Source: Balanoglossus misakiensis (Eukaryota; Animalia; Hemichordata). From it: DNA of 64,000 bases. This document shows positions 26,285 through 39,200 of this stretch, in pieces. The notes below the pieces were generated by a model that was not told the origin of the DNA, did no database searches, and saw only the letters and a program-made list of their open reading frames with translations. The translations under genes were made by a program, and so were the position numbers. The stretch is taken from contig CM082594.2 in assembly GCA_040954595.2 (NCBI GenBank), forward strand, positions 580,208-644,207, given 5' to 3'. Within the stretch, counting starts at the first letter, position 1; each line of letters begins with the position of its first letter.

Positions 26285-29200
26285 ATGAGCTATCGATCAA
26301 GATCGCGAGTTGCTAGTCGATTAACAGCTGACCAAGTTGCACATGACATTGCGCGGTCAACTCCAATTCGGCCGTCCGCAAGTACGTCACGTTCAACTTC
26401 ATGCGATGATGATCCTCCAACAAGACCAGTACCAAACTTTTATTCTGTGAGGCAGTCAAGAGAAGATGGGCAAAGCTCGCTGACTGAGATGTCTTCCTAC
26501 TTCGACCGAACTCCAACCGTCAGCAGCATCGCCAGTCCAGATGTCCGTGCAGCAGGTAATTACTATGTTTTAAATCGTTGACATTAATCTGCACATTCAT
26601 AAATCAGTCTGTTTGAACTGTAGCTAGCAGTAACTTCGAATCAAGTGGCCGAAAGTGTGTTCCGCACGCAATAAAAGCGTACTGCCTTTGCTTTTAGACA
26701 TATGATGAACATTACTTAGTCATTTGTGTGTTTTTGAACGGAGTTGTTTGGTTAGCGGCTGTATGATGGAAAATTGCCATGATTATGTTCAACTAACAAA
26801 TGTAATGAGAGTCACTCATTCTTCCATGCTATCCCAAAATACTCATTGTTCTGCAGGAAATGACACATGTGGTTGATAAACTAACTTTAACACATACACA
26901 AGGCATAAACAAACTGCACACAATAAGCTTGCACACTTCATCACTATTGTTTGTGACATCTTTATTGTTCATGACACCTGGAGATAAGCATGTCTTTGTC
27001 ATGTTTTGCATTGTAGTGAAGAGAACAATATAAAACTGGAGAATTGAAGCCTGTGTAAAGGTTTTAAGAGCTATGAACATACAGCTGTTTTTTACAAACT
27101 GAACCAGACTTCTTTTACCAGCATTTGCAATTTTGGGAAAATAACTAGTGAGGTACCAGTTATTTTGAGGGCAGAGTATAAAGTGTCCTGTGCAAAAATA
27201 TACATTTATCAGTCAAATCTAAGCTCGTATTGTTCTCTATATCATATTCTTACAGATTTTCAGGAAATGATGGCCGGGTTAAATTCCTTACATGATATTA
27301 TTGAAGATGAAAGGAAAGATGGCCTGGATTTTCGTTGTGAAGCCAGAGAACAATTACGTTCATTGGTCGAAAAGATAAGGGACCTTGAAGACAAACAGAG
27401 TAACAGTGCAGCAGCAGCATCTGACAACAGAGAACTATCAAAAACTGCAACTCCAGCAGAGTTATCAGTAAGTTTTTTTTTTAACTGTGTTCCCCCCATC
27501 TTGGAAAATGGCATAGCATTGTGGGACGATTGACGGTGGGGAAGCCATGTCACCCAAGCCATAGCATTCTAGTGTAGACACCATATCAAGAAACTTAGCT
27601 ATGTTTCTTGATACGATGCCTACACTAGGATGCCATTGCTTGAGTGACATGGCTTCTCCCCCCCCCCTCAATCGTCCCACAATGCTATGCCATTTTCCAA
27701 GATGGCAGAAACACAGTATGTCTCTTTTGTACATAATTTTTTGCATTCCTCTGACCCCAAGATATAAATTTTGTAACAGCTGTTGATCAGAAAGAAAGAA
27801 GTTAGTTCTTGACATTTCTTGTTTATATTTCTTTTAAACAGATGAAGATAAAAAACATTCAGGCCAATGGTGGAGATGAAGTGCAGTTTAGAGTTCCAGA
27901 TGGGTAAGTATAATAAGTGCTTTTGAAAAATCAATACTTAAGTGACTACAGTAATATCTTATATGACCTCCGATTGCAATGTTTGTTTTATACACTCCTG
28001 AAAGTCTCTTGAAAAAATGTAACGGGTGCTTGGAAATAATAAATGTACAACTTTGATTTTGTATTGCGTTGGCTGTTTTCCAAGAAAATATCACTGTTTA
28101 TGGTGTCATCCAAAGCAAAATAGCTCCTGAGATTGGACAATGGTATTTTTATAGCGTATTTAAGCTTTTATATTATAGAGCTGGGATTTTCAGCAACTAG
28201 TTACAATATCTCAACAGTGAAAAGTGTCAAATTATATGGGGAAGTTGATCGGGATAAAATTGCCTTTGCTGGCTATAAAAGTCAATTCAATGTAAATGAT
28301 TTGGGATGAATAACATGTTTTATATATTAATATTTACCTTTCATACCATTGCTACAGGTGGAATACAATGCATAATGTTGCAGTCAGGGAAAAGATGATG
28401 AGTGAGCTGTCCCTGAAGTTTAGCAATAAATTTACAGAAAAAGAATACAAGAGTAAGTTTGTCTTTTTGTGTAAAAATAAACTTAATACAAAGGAAGTTA
28501 CTGTGAAATAGCTTAAGGAAGCAACTCTAGCACCGTGGGCGCAACAATAGGCAAGCCATTGTGACAATGATTGTACCTTATTCTTTTTCCTACTTTTTCC
28601 TGTTGTGCTACTGAACTTGTAAGATTAATGTTTAAAAAAAGCAATACAATGAAATGAATGAATGTTGTCATTAACAGTTATTAACATTCTTTTTTACTAT
28701 TTGCAGTGGCAATTAGGAGAAATTACGAAAATACAAGATTAAAATATAGAGAAGGTGCAGATTTAGCTCTGAGGGAGAAAAACAAGATCAGACGGAAGGG
28801 GCATGCTACAAGATGGCAGGTAATTACTTTATGCTATTTACAAGTCATTTGCTAATTTATCTAATAAGCAAAATGCATTTCCGGTCTGTACATATATGCC
28901 TTAATGCAACAGTTCCTGGTAGATTTTTAAATGATGTCACTACATCAGCAAAGCATGAGTAAATGTCATTCAAGAGGCATCTTCCAGCAGGCAGGTTCAC
29001 CATGATACGAAATGCCATTCAAAGAAAAATTTGACTTGATATGTTAGATTTTTTAAAAATATTAATACAGTTCATTTTTTTTATTTTCAGACATTAAAAA
29101 GGAGAGAAAGGGTCATCAATGCAGATGAGAAAGAATTCTGGGCAAGGGTAAAGGCGGAACTAATGTCGGACGAGGAAGTTGGTGAATCAGAGAACACAGT

Positions 29201-29384
29201 CGTAGTCAAGACGCCGGCCTGGAGAGCTGCACCCCTTAATGAACTGATCAAAACACTTGACAGGAGACTAGAGGAAAAGGGAATTTTAGGCAGACTAGTC
29301 AAAAAAAGGCAACGCTCAGCAACTCCATCATCCCGGTCCCGTCCAATCAATGTTTATTCAGAAAACTATGTTGAACCTCAGTAA
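26285..29384 (+). CDS. EnSpm accessory protein, ~348 aa, C14orf93-like C-terminus; exons 26285-26555, 27256-27467, 27842-27903, 28358-28452, 28707-28819, 29091-29384
   Basis: GT..AG introns with matching phases give a 1047-nt open frame. It has a Ser/Arg-rich N-terminus, a predicted coiled coil and a basic helix. The motif W....AELMSDEE...VVKTPAWR...LNELIKTLD resembles the C14orf93 family from memory. Confidence 0.8.
27484..27717. mobile_element. ~235-bp fold-back (palindromic MITE-like) insertion in accessory-gene intron 2
   Basis: ccatcttggaaaatggcatagcattgtgggacgattga (from 27496) is the exact reverse complement of the segment ending at 27705. Pairing continues with mismatches to a centre near 27598. 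No clear TSD. Confidence 0.75.
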
Positions 29385-30224
29385 CATTTAAATTGCCGAA
29401 GCTTGAAATTGTCACCATTATTTTCAATCTCAGGATATCTTTTTATTCTTCATCTTAAATTTCCTGCCATTTTTATAATATTGCAATATGTAAAAACTGA
29501 AAAAAATTTGTGGAGTTAATCTCTTATTTAAGTTTGATTTTAACAGCTATCTTTTTTATTGTAATTTATTTATGAATAATAATAAAAAGTGAATAATGAA
29601 AAATTTACCCTCTTCATTATTTTTTATTGTTGGCATGAATGTACTAATAGCATGAGAGGATGTGTGGATGGGAGATGTCTTGTCTTGTGTCACAGCTTTG
29701 GTCAGTCTGTATTCCCGTATGACCCATGATATATTTGCAGACGTTTATACAATACTGATAAAATTCAACCAGTTAATTTTTCTGCCTGTAGCCTGACATC
29801 AGGATCGATTGTGCTGAAAGATTTACTGGAATGCTATCAATTACATGTACATGGGGTAATTCTGCAAATAAACAGTATGCCCTAGATGAAGAAAATCGCA
29901 GGATAAATTTAATGAAGAAGCGAAGATCAAAAATCATTAATTTGATGTTAAATCAGTCATGAATCAATATGGAACCATGAAAAAATCACACGAATTCATG
30001 TCTGTTTTTCCAAAAGCACAGATGAATACAGACAAGTCCAAATCTTTATTCTTTGAAAAATACTGATGAATTCTTGCAGTGTATTAGATGGTATACAGAA
30101 TAGTGCTTATACTTGTCTATCCATTATGAATATATCTGTATTCACAGTGAATACTTTCTATATTAACAATGGACTAGACTGTATTCAACTAAAATACAGG
30201 CGATTGTCCATGCTTATATTGTAA

Positions 30225-30248
30225 GTATTATAGGGTTTTCATGCAGTG
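30225..30248 (-). repeat. Right TIR of the CACTA element
   Basis: gtattatagggttttcatgcagtg, followed by TSD cta. Confidence 0.97.
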
Positions 30249-33200
30249 CTAGTGTCTGTCATATTGTGACGGTGATTTAGCAGAGCCAGGCCCTAGAAAA
30301 ATCTATATGTTCAACGTTACCAGTGTGCAACTGTTTCTGCTCTAGAGTGTCAGGGTTTTAGCCGACTTATGCTGTAGGAAATCTGAGTTAATGAATGGGA
30401 ATTCAATGTTAGAAAACCCGTGTGGAAAGTATCTCTACCCGTTTGAAACTAAGAAAAGAATTTATTCTTATTTATTTTGTAAAAAAGACAATTTTTCGAA
30501 AAAAAGTCGAAAATGGTAATTTTGTCTTGGGTGATTCAAATTATACCGCCTTTTCTGGAATTTGCTGCACTTCTTACAAGAGAACGACACTTCATGCTCC
30601 ATAATATTTCGGAAAATGAAGAAAAGAGTTATTTTTTTATGATTTTTTAAAAATTTACCATTTTTGTCAAAATATGGCCAAAATGGCTATTTTTTCTTGA
30701 ATTCCGTCAATATATCTGCATTTTTGGAGTGGTCGAAAGTTTTAACATACAATCAACATGTCATATATGATCAGGGCACCAAATTCGAAGAACAAAGGTT
30801 TTTTTATTTTTTTTCTTCTAAAAATGACATTTTCAAGGAAAATTTGGTAAAACGCAATTTTGTCTGCAGTGAGCCAAATTAGACGGTCTTTTGTGGAATT
30901 TGTATCGATATATACATACGAAGAGCATTCTATACTCCATCAGATTTCCGAAAATGTAGAAAACAGGTATTTTTTTGTAATTTTCAAAAATTTACCATTT
31001 TGACCAAATTGTGGCTAAAATTGTTATTTTCGTGTTGAATGCCGCCAGTGTCACTGCTTTTAAAAGTCATAAAAACTTTTAACATACAAGCAATTGTTTA
31101 TATATGATCAGGTCACCGAATTAAAAAAATAAAGAATGTTTTGCCTAAAAATGACCTTTTTGGTGCAAAAACGAATAAAACGCAATTTTGTATTAAATCA
31201 GAATGCATTTTTTATAATCAGCACCATTTTTACATGTAATGGAAATACATCATCAGATATCCAAATATGAAAAAATAATTTAGATTTTAGATGATTGTCC
31301 AAAATTAGCTGATATCTAATAAATATAGTATTGAACCGTTCTGTCCCCCCCCCCCCCTACATTATATGCGGTACGCCGATGTCAGCTTACCCGGCAGTAC
31401 TGCAGGCCGTGTCCCCAACTAAAGTCGGTGTTTGAAACGCCCTGGTTAAATTCGGGCTTTCTCTATAAATTGACAGGCAATAATGCAGTCCTACCGGAAC
31501 AAATGTCGAGTGTTGACCCGCTGTGACTTTCCCTCTTCGGTTTGCCCGACTTAGCCAACGTCTTTGTACTAGAGTGTCGGGTCTTTTGCAGAGCCAGGCC
31601 GAAGGAAATCCGACTTGATCACCGTTGCTAACGAACGCTAGTGTCTGTCATGGTGTGCCGGGGTTTTAGTCGGGCCAGGCCGTAGGAGATCTGACTTGAT
31701 CATCGTGGTCAATGTACGCGTGTTTCCGCTCTAAAGTGCCGGGGCTTCAGCTAAACCAGGCCGTAGGACATCCGCCGTAATCACCGTTGATAACTTACGC
31801 CAGTCTGTGTCATATAGAGCCGGTGCACCAGCCGAGTCACGCCGTAGGAAATCTGACTTGATCAACGTGGTCAATGTACGCCTGTTTCTGCTCTAGAATG
31901 CCGGGGCTTCAGCTGAGCCAGGCCGTAGGAAACCCGACGTGATTACCGTTGTTAACTTACGCCAGTCTGTGTCCTATATATAGTGCCGGGGCATCAGCCG
32001 TGCCAGGCCGAAGGAAATGTGAGTAGATCAACGTGGTCTCTGTACGCGTGTTTCTGCTCTAGAGTGCCAGGGCTTTAGCCAAGCCATGCCGTAGGAAATC
32101 TGACTTGATCAACGTTGCTAACGAACGCTAGTGTCTGTCATAGTGTGCCGGGGTTTTAGTCGAGCCAAGCCGTAGGAGATCAGACTTGATCAACGTGGTC
32201 TCTGTACGCGTGTTTCTGCTCTAGAGTGCCGGGGCTTTATCCAAGCCATGCCGTAGAAAATCTGACTTGATCACCGTTGCTAACGTACGCTAGTGTCTGT
32301 CATATTGTGACGGACATTTAGCGGAGCCAGGCCGTAGAAAAATCGACTTGTTCAACGTTACCAGTGTGCAACTGTTTCTGCTCTAGAGTGTCAGGGTTTT
32401 AGCCGACTTATGCTGTAGGAAATCTGAGTTGATGAAGGGGAATTCAATGTTAGAAAACCCGTGTGGAAAGTATCTCTACCCGTTTGAAACTAAGAAAAGA
32501 ATTTATTCTTATTTATTTTGTAAAAAAGACAATTTTTCGAAAACATGTCGAAAATGGTAATTTTGTCTTGGGTGATTGAAATTATACCGCCTTTTCTGGA
32601 ATTTGCAGCACTTTTTACAAGAGAACGACACTTCATGCTCCATAATATTTCCGAAAAAATAAGAAAAGAGTTAATTTTTTATGATTTTTTAAAAATTTAC
32701 CATTTTTGTCAAAATATGGCCAAAATGGCTATTTTTTCTTGAATTCCGTCAATATCTCTGCATTTTTGGAGTGGTCGAAAGTCTTAACATACAATCAACA
32801 TGTCATATATGATCAGGGCACCAAATTCGAAGAACAAAGGTTTTTTAATTTTTTTTTCTAAAAATGACATTTTCAAGGAAAATTTGGTAAAACGCAATTT
32901 TGTCTGCAGTGAGCCAAATTAGACGGTCTTTTGTGGAATTTGTATCGATATATACATGCGAAGAGCATTCTATACTCCATCAGATTTCCGAAAATGTAGA
33001 AAACAGGTATTTTTTGTAATTTTCAAAAATTTACCATTTTGACCAAATTGTGGCTACAATTGTTATTTTCGTGTTGAATGCCGCCAGTGTCACTGCTTTT
33101 AAAAGTCATAAAAACTTTTAACATACAAGCAATTGTTTATATATGATCAGGTCACCGAATTAAAAAAATAAAGAATGTTTTGCCTAAAAATGACCTTTTT

Positions 33201-36200
33201 GGTGCAAAAACGAATAAAACGCAATTTTGTATTGAATCAGAATGCATTTTTTATAATCAGCACCATTTTTACATATAATGGAAATTTCATACATCATCAG
33301 ATATCCAAATATGAAAAAATGATTTAGATTTTAGATGATTGTCCAAAATTAGTTGATATCTAATAAATGTAGTATTGAACCATTCTGTTCCCCCCCCCCC
33401 CTACATTATATGCGGTACGCCGATGTCAGCTTACCCGGCAGTACTGCAGGCCGTGCCCCCAACTAACGTCGGTGTTTGAAACGCCCTGGTTAATTTCGGG
33501 CTTTCTCTATAAATTGACAGGCAATAATGCAGTCCTACCCGAACAAATGTCAAGTGTTGAACCGCTGTGACTTTCCCTCTTCGGTTTGCCCGACTTAGCC
33601 AACGTCTTTGTACTAGAGTGTCGGGTCTTTTGCAGAGCCAGGCCGAAGGAAATCCGACTTGATCACCGTTGCTAACGAACGCTAGTGTCTATCATGGTGT
33701 GCCGGGGTTTTAGTCGAGCCAGGCCGTAGGAGATCTGACTTGATCATCGTGGTCAATGTACGCGTGTTTCCGCTCTAAAGTACCGGGGCTTCAGGTAAAC
33801 CAGGCCGTAGGAAATCCGACGTAATCACCGTTGATAACTTACGCCAGTCTGTGTCATATAGAGCCGGTGCACCAGCCGAGTCACGCCGTAGGAAATCTGA
33901 CTTGATCAACGTGGTCAATGTACGCCTGTTTCTGCTCTAGAGTGCCGGGGCTTCAGCTGAGCCAGGCCGTAGGAAACCCGACGTGATTACCGTTGTTAAC
34001 TTACGCCAGTCTGTGTCATATATATAGTGCCGGGGCATCAGCCGTGCCAGGCCGAAGGGAATGTGAGTAGATCAACGTGGTCTCTGTACGCGTGTTTCTG
34101 CTCTAGAGTGCCAGGGCTTTAGCCAAGCCATGCCGTAGGAAATCTGACTTGATCAACGTTGCTAACGAACGCTAGTGTCTGTCATAGTGTGCCGGGGTTT
34201 TAGTCGAGCCAAGCCGTAGGAGATCAGACTTGATCAACGTGGTCTCTGTACGCGTGTTTCTGCTCTAGAGTGCCGGGGCTTTATCCAAGCCATGCCGTAG
34301 AAAATCTGACTTGATCACCGTTGCTAACGTACGCTAGTGTCTGTCATATTGTGACGGAGATTTAGCCGAGCCAGGCCATAGAAAAATCGACTTGTTCAAC
34401 GTTACCAGTGTGCAACTGTTTCTGCTCTAGAGTGTCAGGGTTTTAGCCGACTTATGCTGTAGGAAATCTGAGTTGATGAACGGGAATTCAATGTTAGAAA
34501 ACCCTTGTGGAAAGTATCTCTACCCGTTTGAAACTAAGAAAAGAATTTATTCTTATTTATTTTGTAAAAAAGACAATTTTTCGAAAAAAAGTCGAAAATG
34601 GTAATTTTGTCTTGGGTGATTCAAATTATACCGCCTTTTCTGGAATTTGCTGAACTTCTTACAAGAGAACGACACTTCATGCTCCATAATATTTCGGAAA
34701 ATGAAGAAAGGAGTTATTTTTTTATGATTTTTTAAAAATTTACCATTTTAGTCAAAATATGGCCAAAATGGCTATTTTTTCTTGAATTCCGTCAATATAT
34801 CTGCATTTTTGGAGTGGTCGAAAGTTTTAACATACAATCAACATGTCATATATGATCAGGGCACCAAATTCGAAGAACAAAGGTTTTTTTATTTTTTTTC
34901 TTCTAAAAATGACATTTTCAAGGAAAATTTGGTAAAACGCATTTTGTCTGCAGTGAGCCAAATTAGACGGTCTTTTGTGGAATTTGTATCGATATATACA
35001 TACGAAGAGCATTCTATACTCCATCAGATTTCCGAAAATGTAGAAAACAGGTATTTTTTTGTAATTTTCAAAAATTTACCATTTTGACCAAATTGTGGCT
35101 AAAATTGTTATTTTCGTGTTGAATGCCGCCAGTGTCACTGCTTTTAAAAGTCATAAAAACTTTTAACATACAAGCAATTGTTTATATATGATCAGGTCAC
35201 CGAATTAAAAAAATAAAGAATGTTTTGCCTAAAAATGACCTTTTTGGTGTAAAAACGAATAAAACGCAATTTTGTATTAAATCAGAATGCATTTTTTATA
35301 ATCAGCACCATTTTTACATGTAATGGAAATGTCATACATCATCAGATATCCAAATATGAAAAAATGATTTAGATTTTAGATGATTGTCCAAAATCAGCTG
35401 ATATCTAATAAATGTAGTATTGAACCGTTCTGTCCCCCCCCCCCCCCTACATTATATGCGGTACGCCGATGTCAGCTTACCCGGCAGTACTGCAGGCCGT
35501 GCACCCAACTAACGTCGGTGTTTGAAACGCCCTGGTTAAATTCGGGCTTTCTCTATAAATTGACAGGCAATAATGCAGTCCTACCGGAACAAATGTCAAG
35601 TGTAGAACCGCTGTGACTTTCCCTGTTCGGTTTGCCCGACTTAGCCAACGTCTTTGTACTAGAGTGTCGGGTCTTTTGCAGAGCCAGGCCGAAGGAAATC
35701 CGACTTGATCACCGTTGTTAACTTACGCCAGTCTGTGTCCTATATATAGTGCCGGGGCATCAGCCGTGCCAGGCCGAAGGAAATGTGAGTAGATCAACGT
35801 GGTCTCTGTACGCGTGTTTCTGCTCTAGAGTGCCAGGGCTTTAGCCAAGCCATGCCGTAGGAAATCTGACTTGATCAACGTTGCTAACGAACGCTAGTGT
35901 CTGTCATAGTGTGCCAGGGTTTTAGTCGAGCCAAGCCGTAGGAGATCAGACTTGATTAACGTGGTCTCTGTACGCGTGTTTCTGCTCTAGAGTGCTGGGG
36001 CTTTATCCAAGCCATGCCGTAGAAAATCTGACTTGATCACCGTTGCTAACGTACGCTAGTGTCTGTCATATTGTGACGGAGATTTAGCCGAGCCAGGCCG
36101 TAGAAAAATCGACATGTTCAACGTTACCAGTGTGCAACTGTTTCTGCTCTAGAGTGTCAGGGTTTTAGCCGACTTATGCTGTAGGAAATCTGAGTTGATG

Positions 36201-39200
36201 AACGGGAATTCAATGTTAGAAAACCCTTGTGGAAAGTATCTCTACCCGTTTGAAACTAAGAAAAGAATTTATTCTTATTTATTTTGTAAAAAAGACAATT
36301 TTTCGAAAAAAAGTCGAAAATGGTAATTTTGTCTTGGGTGATTGAAATTATACCGCCTTTTCTGGAATTTGCTGAACTTCTTACAAGAGAACGACACTTC
36401 ATGCTCCATAATATTTCCGAAAAAATAAGAAAAGAGTTAATTTTTTATGATTTTTTAAAAATTTACCATTTTTGTCAAAATATGGCCAAAATGGCTATTT
36501 TTTCTTGAATTCCGTCAATATCTCTGCATTTTTGGAGTGGTCGAAAGTCTTAACATACAATCAACATGTCATATATGATCAGGGCACCAAATTCGAAGAA
36601 CAAAGGTTTTTTAATTTTTTTTTCTAAAAATGACATTTTCAAGGAAAATTTGGTAAAACGCAATTTTGTCTGCAGTGAGCCAAATTAGACGGTCTTTTGT
36701 GGAATTTGTATCGATATATACATGCGAAGAGCATTCTATACTCCATCAGATTTCCGAAAATGTAGAAAACAGGTATTTTTTGTAATTTTCAAAAATTTAC
36801 CATTTTGACCAAATTGTGGCTACAATTGTTATTTTCGTGTTGAATGCCGCCAGTGTCACTGCTTTTAAAAGTCATAAAAACTTTTAACATACAAGCAATT
36901 GTTTATATATGATCAGGTCACCGAATTAAAAAAATAAAGAATGTTTTGCCTAAAAATGACCTTTTTGGTGCAAAAACGAATAAAACGCAATTTTGTATTG
37001 AATCAGAATGCATTTTTTATAATCAGCACCATTTTTACATATAATGGAAATTTCATACATCATCAGATATCCAAATATGAAAAAATGATTTAGATTTTAG
37101 ATGATTGTCCAAAATTAGTTGATATCTAATAAATGTAGTATTGAACCATTCTGTTCCCCCCCCCCCCCTACATTATATGCGGTACGCCGATGTCAGCTTA
37201 CCCGGCAGTACTGCAGGCCGTGCCCCCAACTAACGTCGGTGTTTGAAACGCCCTGGTTAATTTCGGGCTTTCTCTATAAATTGACAGGCAATAATGCAGT
37301 CCTACCCGAACAAATGTCAAGTGTTGAACCGCTGTGACTTTCCCTCTTCGGTTTGCCCGACTTAGCCAACGTCTTTGTACTAGAGTGTCGGGTCTTTTGC
37401 AGAGCCAGGCCGAAGGAAATCCGACTTGATCACCGTTGCTAACGAACGCTAGTGTCTATCATGGTGTGCCGGGGTTTTAGTCGAGCCAGGCCGTAGGAGA
37501 TCTGACTTGATCATCGTGGTCAATGTACGCGTGTTTCCGCTCTAAAGTACCGGGGCTTCAGGTAAACCAGGCCGTAGGAAATCCGACGTAATCACCGTTG
37601 ATAACTTACGCCAGTCTGTGTCATATAGAGCCGGTGCACCAGCCGAGTCACGCCGTAGGAAATCTGACTTGATCAACGTGGTCAATGTACGCCTGTTTCT
37701 GCTCTAGAGTGCCGGGGCTTCAGCTGAGCCAGGCCGTAGGAAACCCGACGTGATTACCGTTGTTAACTTACGCCAGTCTGTGTCATATATATAGTGCCGG
37801 GGCATCAGCCGTGCCAGGCCGAAGGGAATGTGAGTAGATCAACGTGGTCTCTGTACGCGTGTTTCTGCTCTAGAGTGCCAGGGCTTTAGCCAAGCCATGC
37901 CGTAGGAAATCTGACTTGATCAACGTTGCTAACGAACGCTAGTGTCTGTCATAGTGTGCCGGGGTTTTAGTCGAGCCAAGCCGTAGGAGATCAGACTTGA
38001 TCAACGTGGTCTCTGTACGCGTGTTTCTGCTCTAGAGTGCCGGGGCTTTATCCAAGCCATGCCGTAGAAAATCTGACTTGATCACCGTTGCTAACGTACG
38101 CTAGTGTCTGTCATATTGTGACGGAGATTTAGCCGAGCCAGGCCATAGAAAAATCGACTTGTTCAACGTTACCAGTGTGCAACTGTTTCTGCTCTAGAGT
38201 GTCAGGGTTTTAGCCGACTTATGCTGTAGGAAATCTGAGTTGATGAACGGGAATTCAATGTTAGAAAACCCTTGTGGAAAGTATCTCTACCCGTTTGAAA
38301 CTAAGAAAAGAATTTATTCTTATTTATTTTGTAAAAAAGACAATTTTTCGAAAAAAAAGTCGAAAATGGTAATTTTGTCTTGGGTGATTCAAATTATACC
38401 GCCTTTTCTGGAATTTGCTGAACTTCTTACAAGAGAACGACACTTCATGCTCCATAATATTTCGGAAAATGAAGAAAGGAGTTATTTTTTTATGATTTTT
38501 TAAAAATTTACCATTTTAGTCAAAATATGGCCAAAATGGCTATTTTTTCTTGAATTCCGTCAATATATCTGCATTTTTGGAGTGGTCGAAAGTTTTAACA
38601 TACAATCAACATGTCATATATGATCAGGGCACCAAATTCGAAGAACAAAGGTTTTTTTATTTTTTTTCTTCTAAAAATGACATTTTCAAGGAAAATTTGG
38701 TAAAACGCATTTTGTCTGCAGTGAGCCAAATTAGACGGTCTTTTGTGGAATTTGTATCGATATATACATACGAAGAGCATTCTATACTCCATCAGATTTC
38801 CGAAAATGTAGAAAACAGGTATTTTTTTGTAATTTTCAAAAATTTACCATTTTGACCAAATTGTGGCTAAAATTGTTATTTTCGTGTTGAATGCCGCCAG
38901 TGTCACTGCTTTTAAAAGTCATAAAAACTTTTAACATACAAGCAATTGTTTATATATGATCAGGTCACCGAATTAAAAAAATAAAGAATGTTTTGCCTAA
39001 AAATGACCTTTTTGGTGTAAAAACGAATAAAACGCAATTTTGTATTAAATCAGAATGCATTTTTTATAATCAGCACCATTTTTACATGTAATGGAAATGT
39101 CATACATCATCAGATATCCAAATATGAAAAAATGATTTAGATTTTAGATGATTGTCCAAAATCAGCTGATATCTAATAAATGTAGTATTGAACCGTTCTG

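Larger units (their letters stand above)
17209..30248 (-). mobile_element. EnSpm/CACTA-superfamily DNA transposon, 13,040 bp, apparently intact and autonomous
   Basis: Perfect 24-bp TIRs starting CACTG. A 3-bp TSD CTA (17206-17208, 30249-30251) restores the satellite 'gtacgctagtgtc'. It encodes an EnSpm-type transposase and a second gene. Confidence 0.96.
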
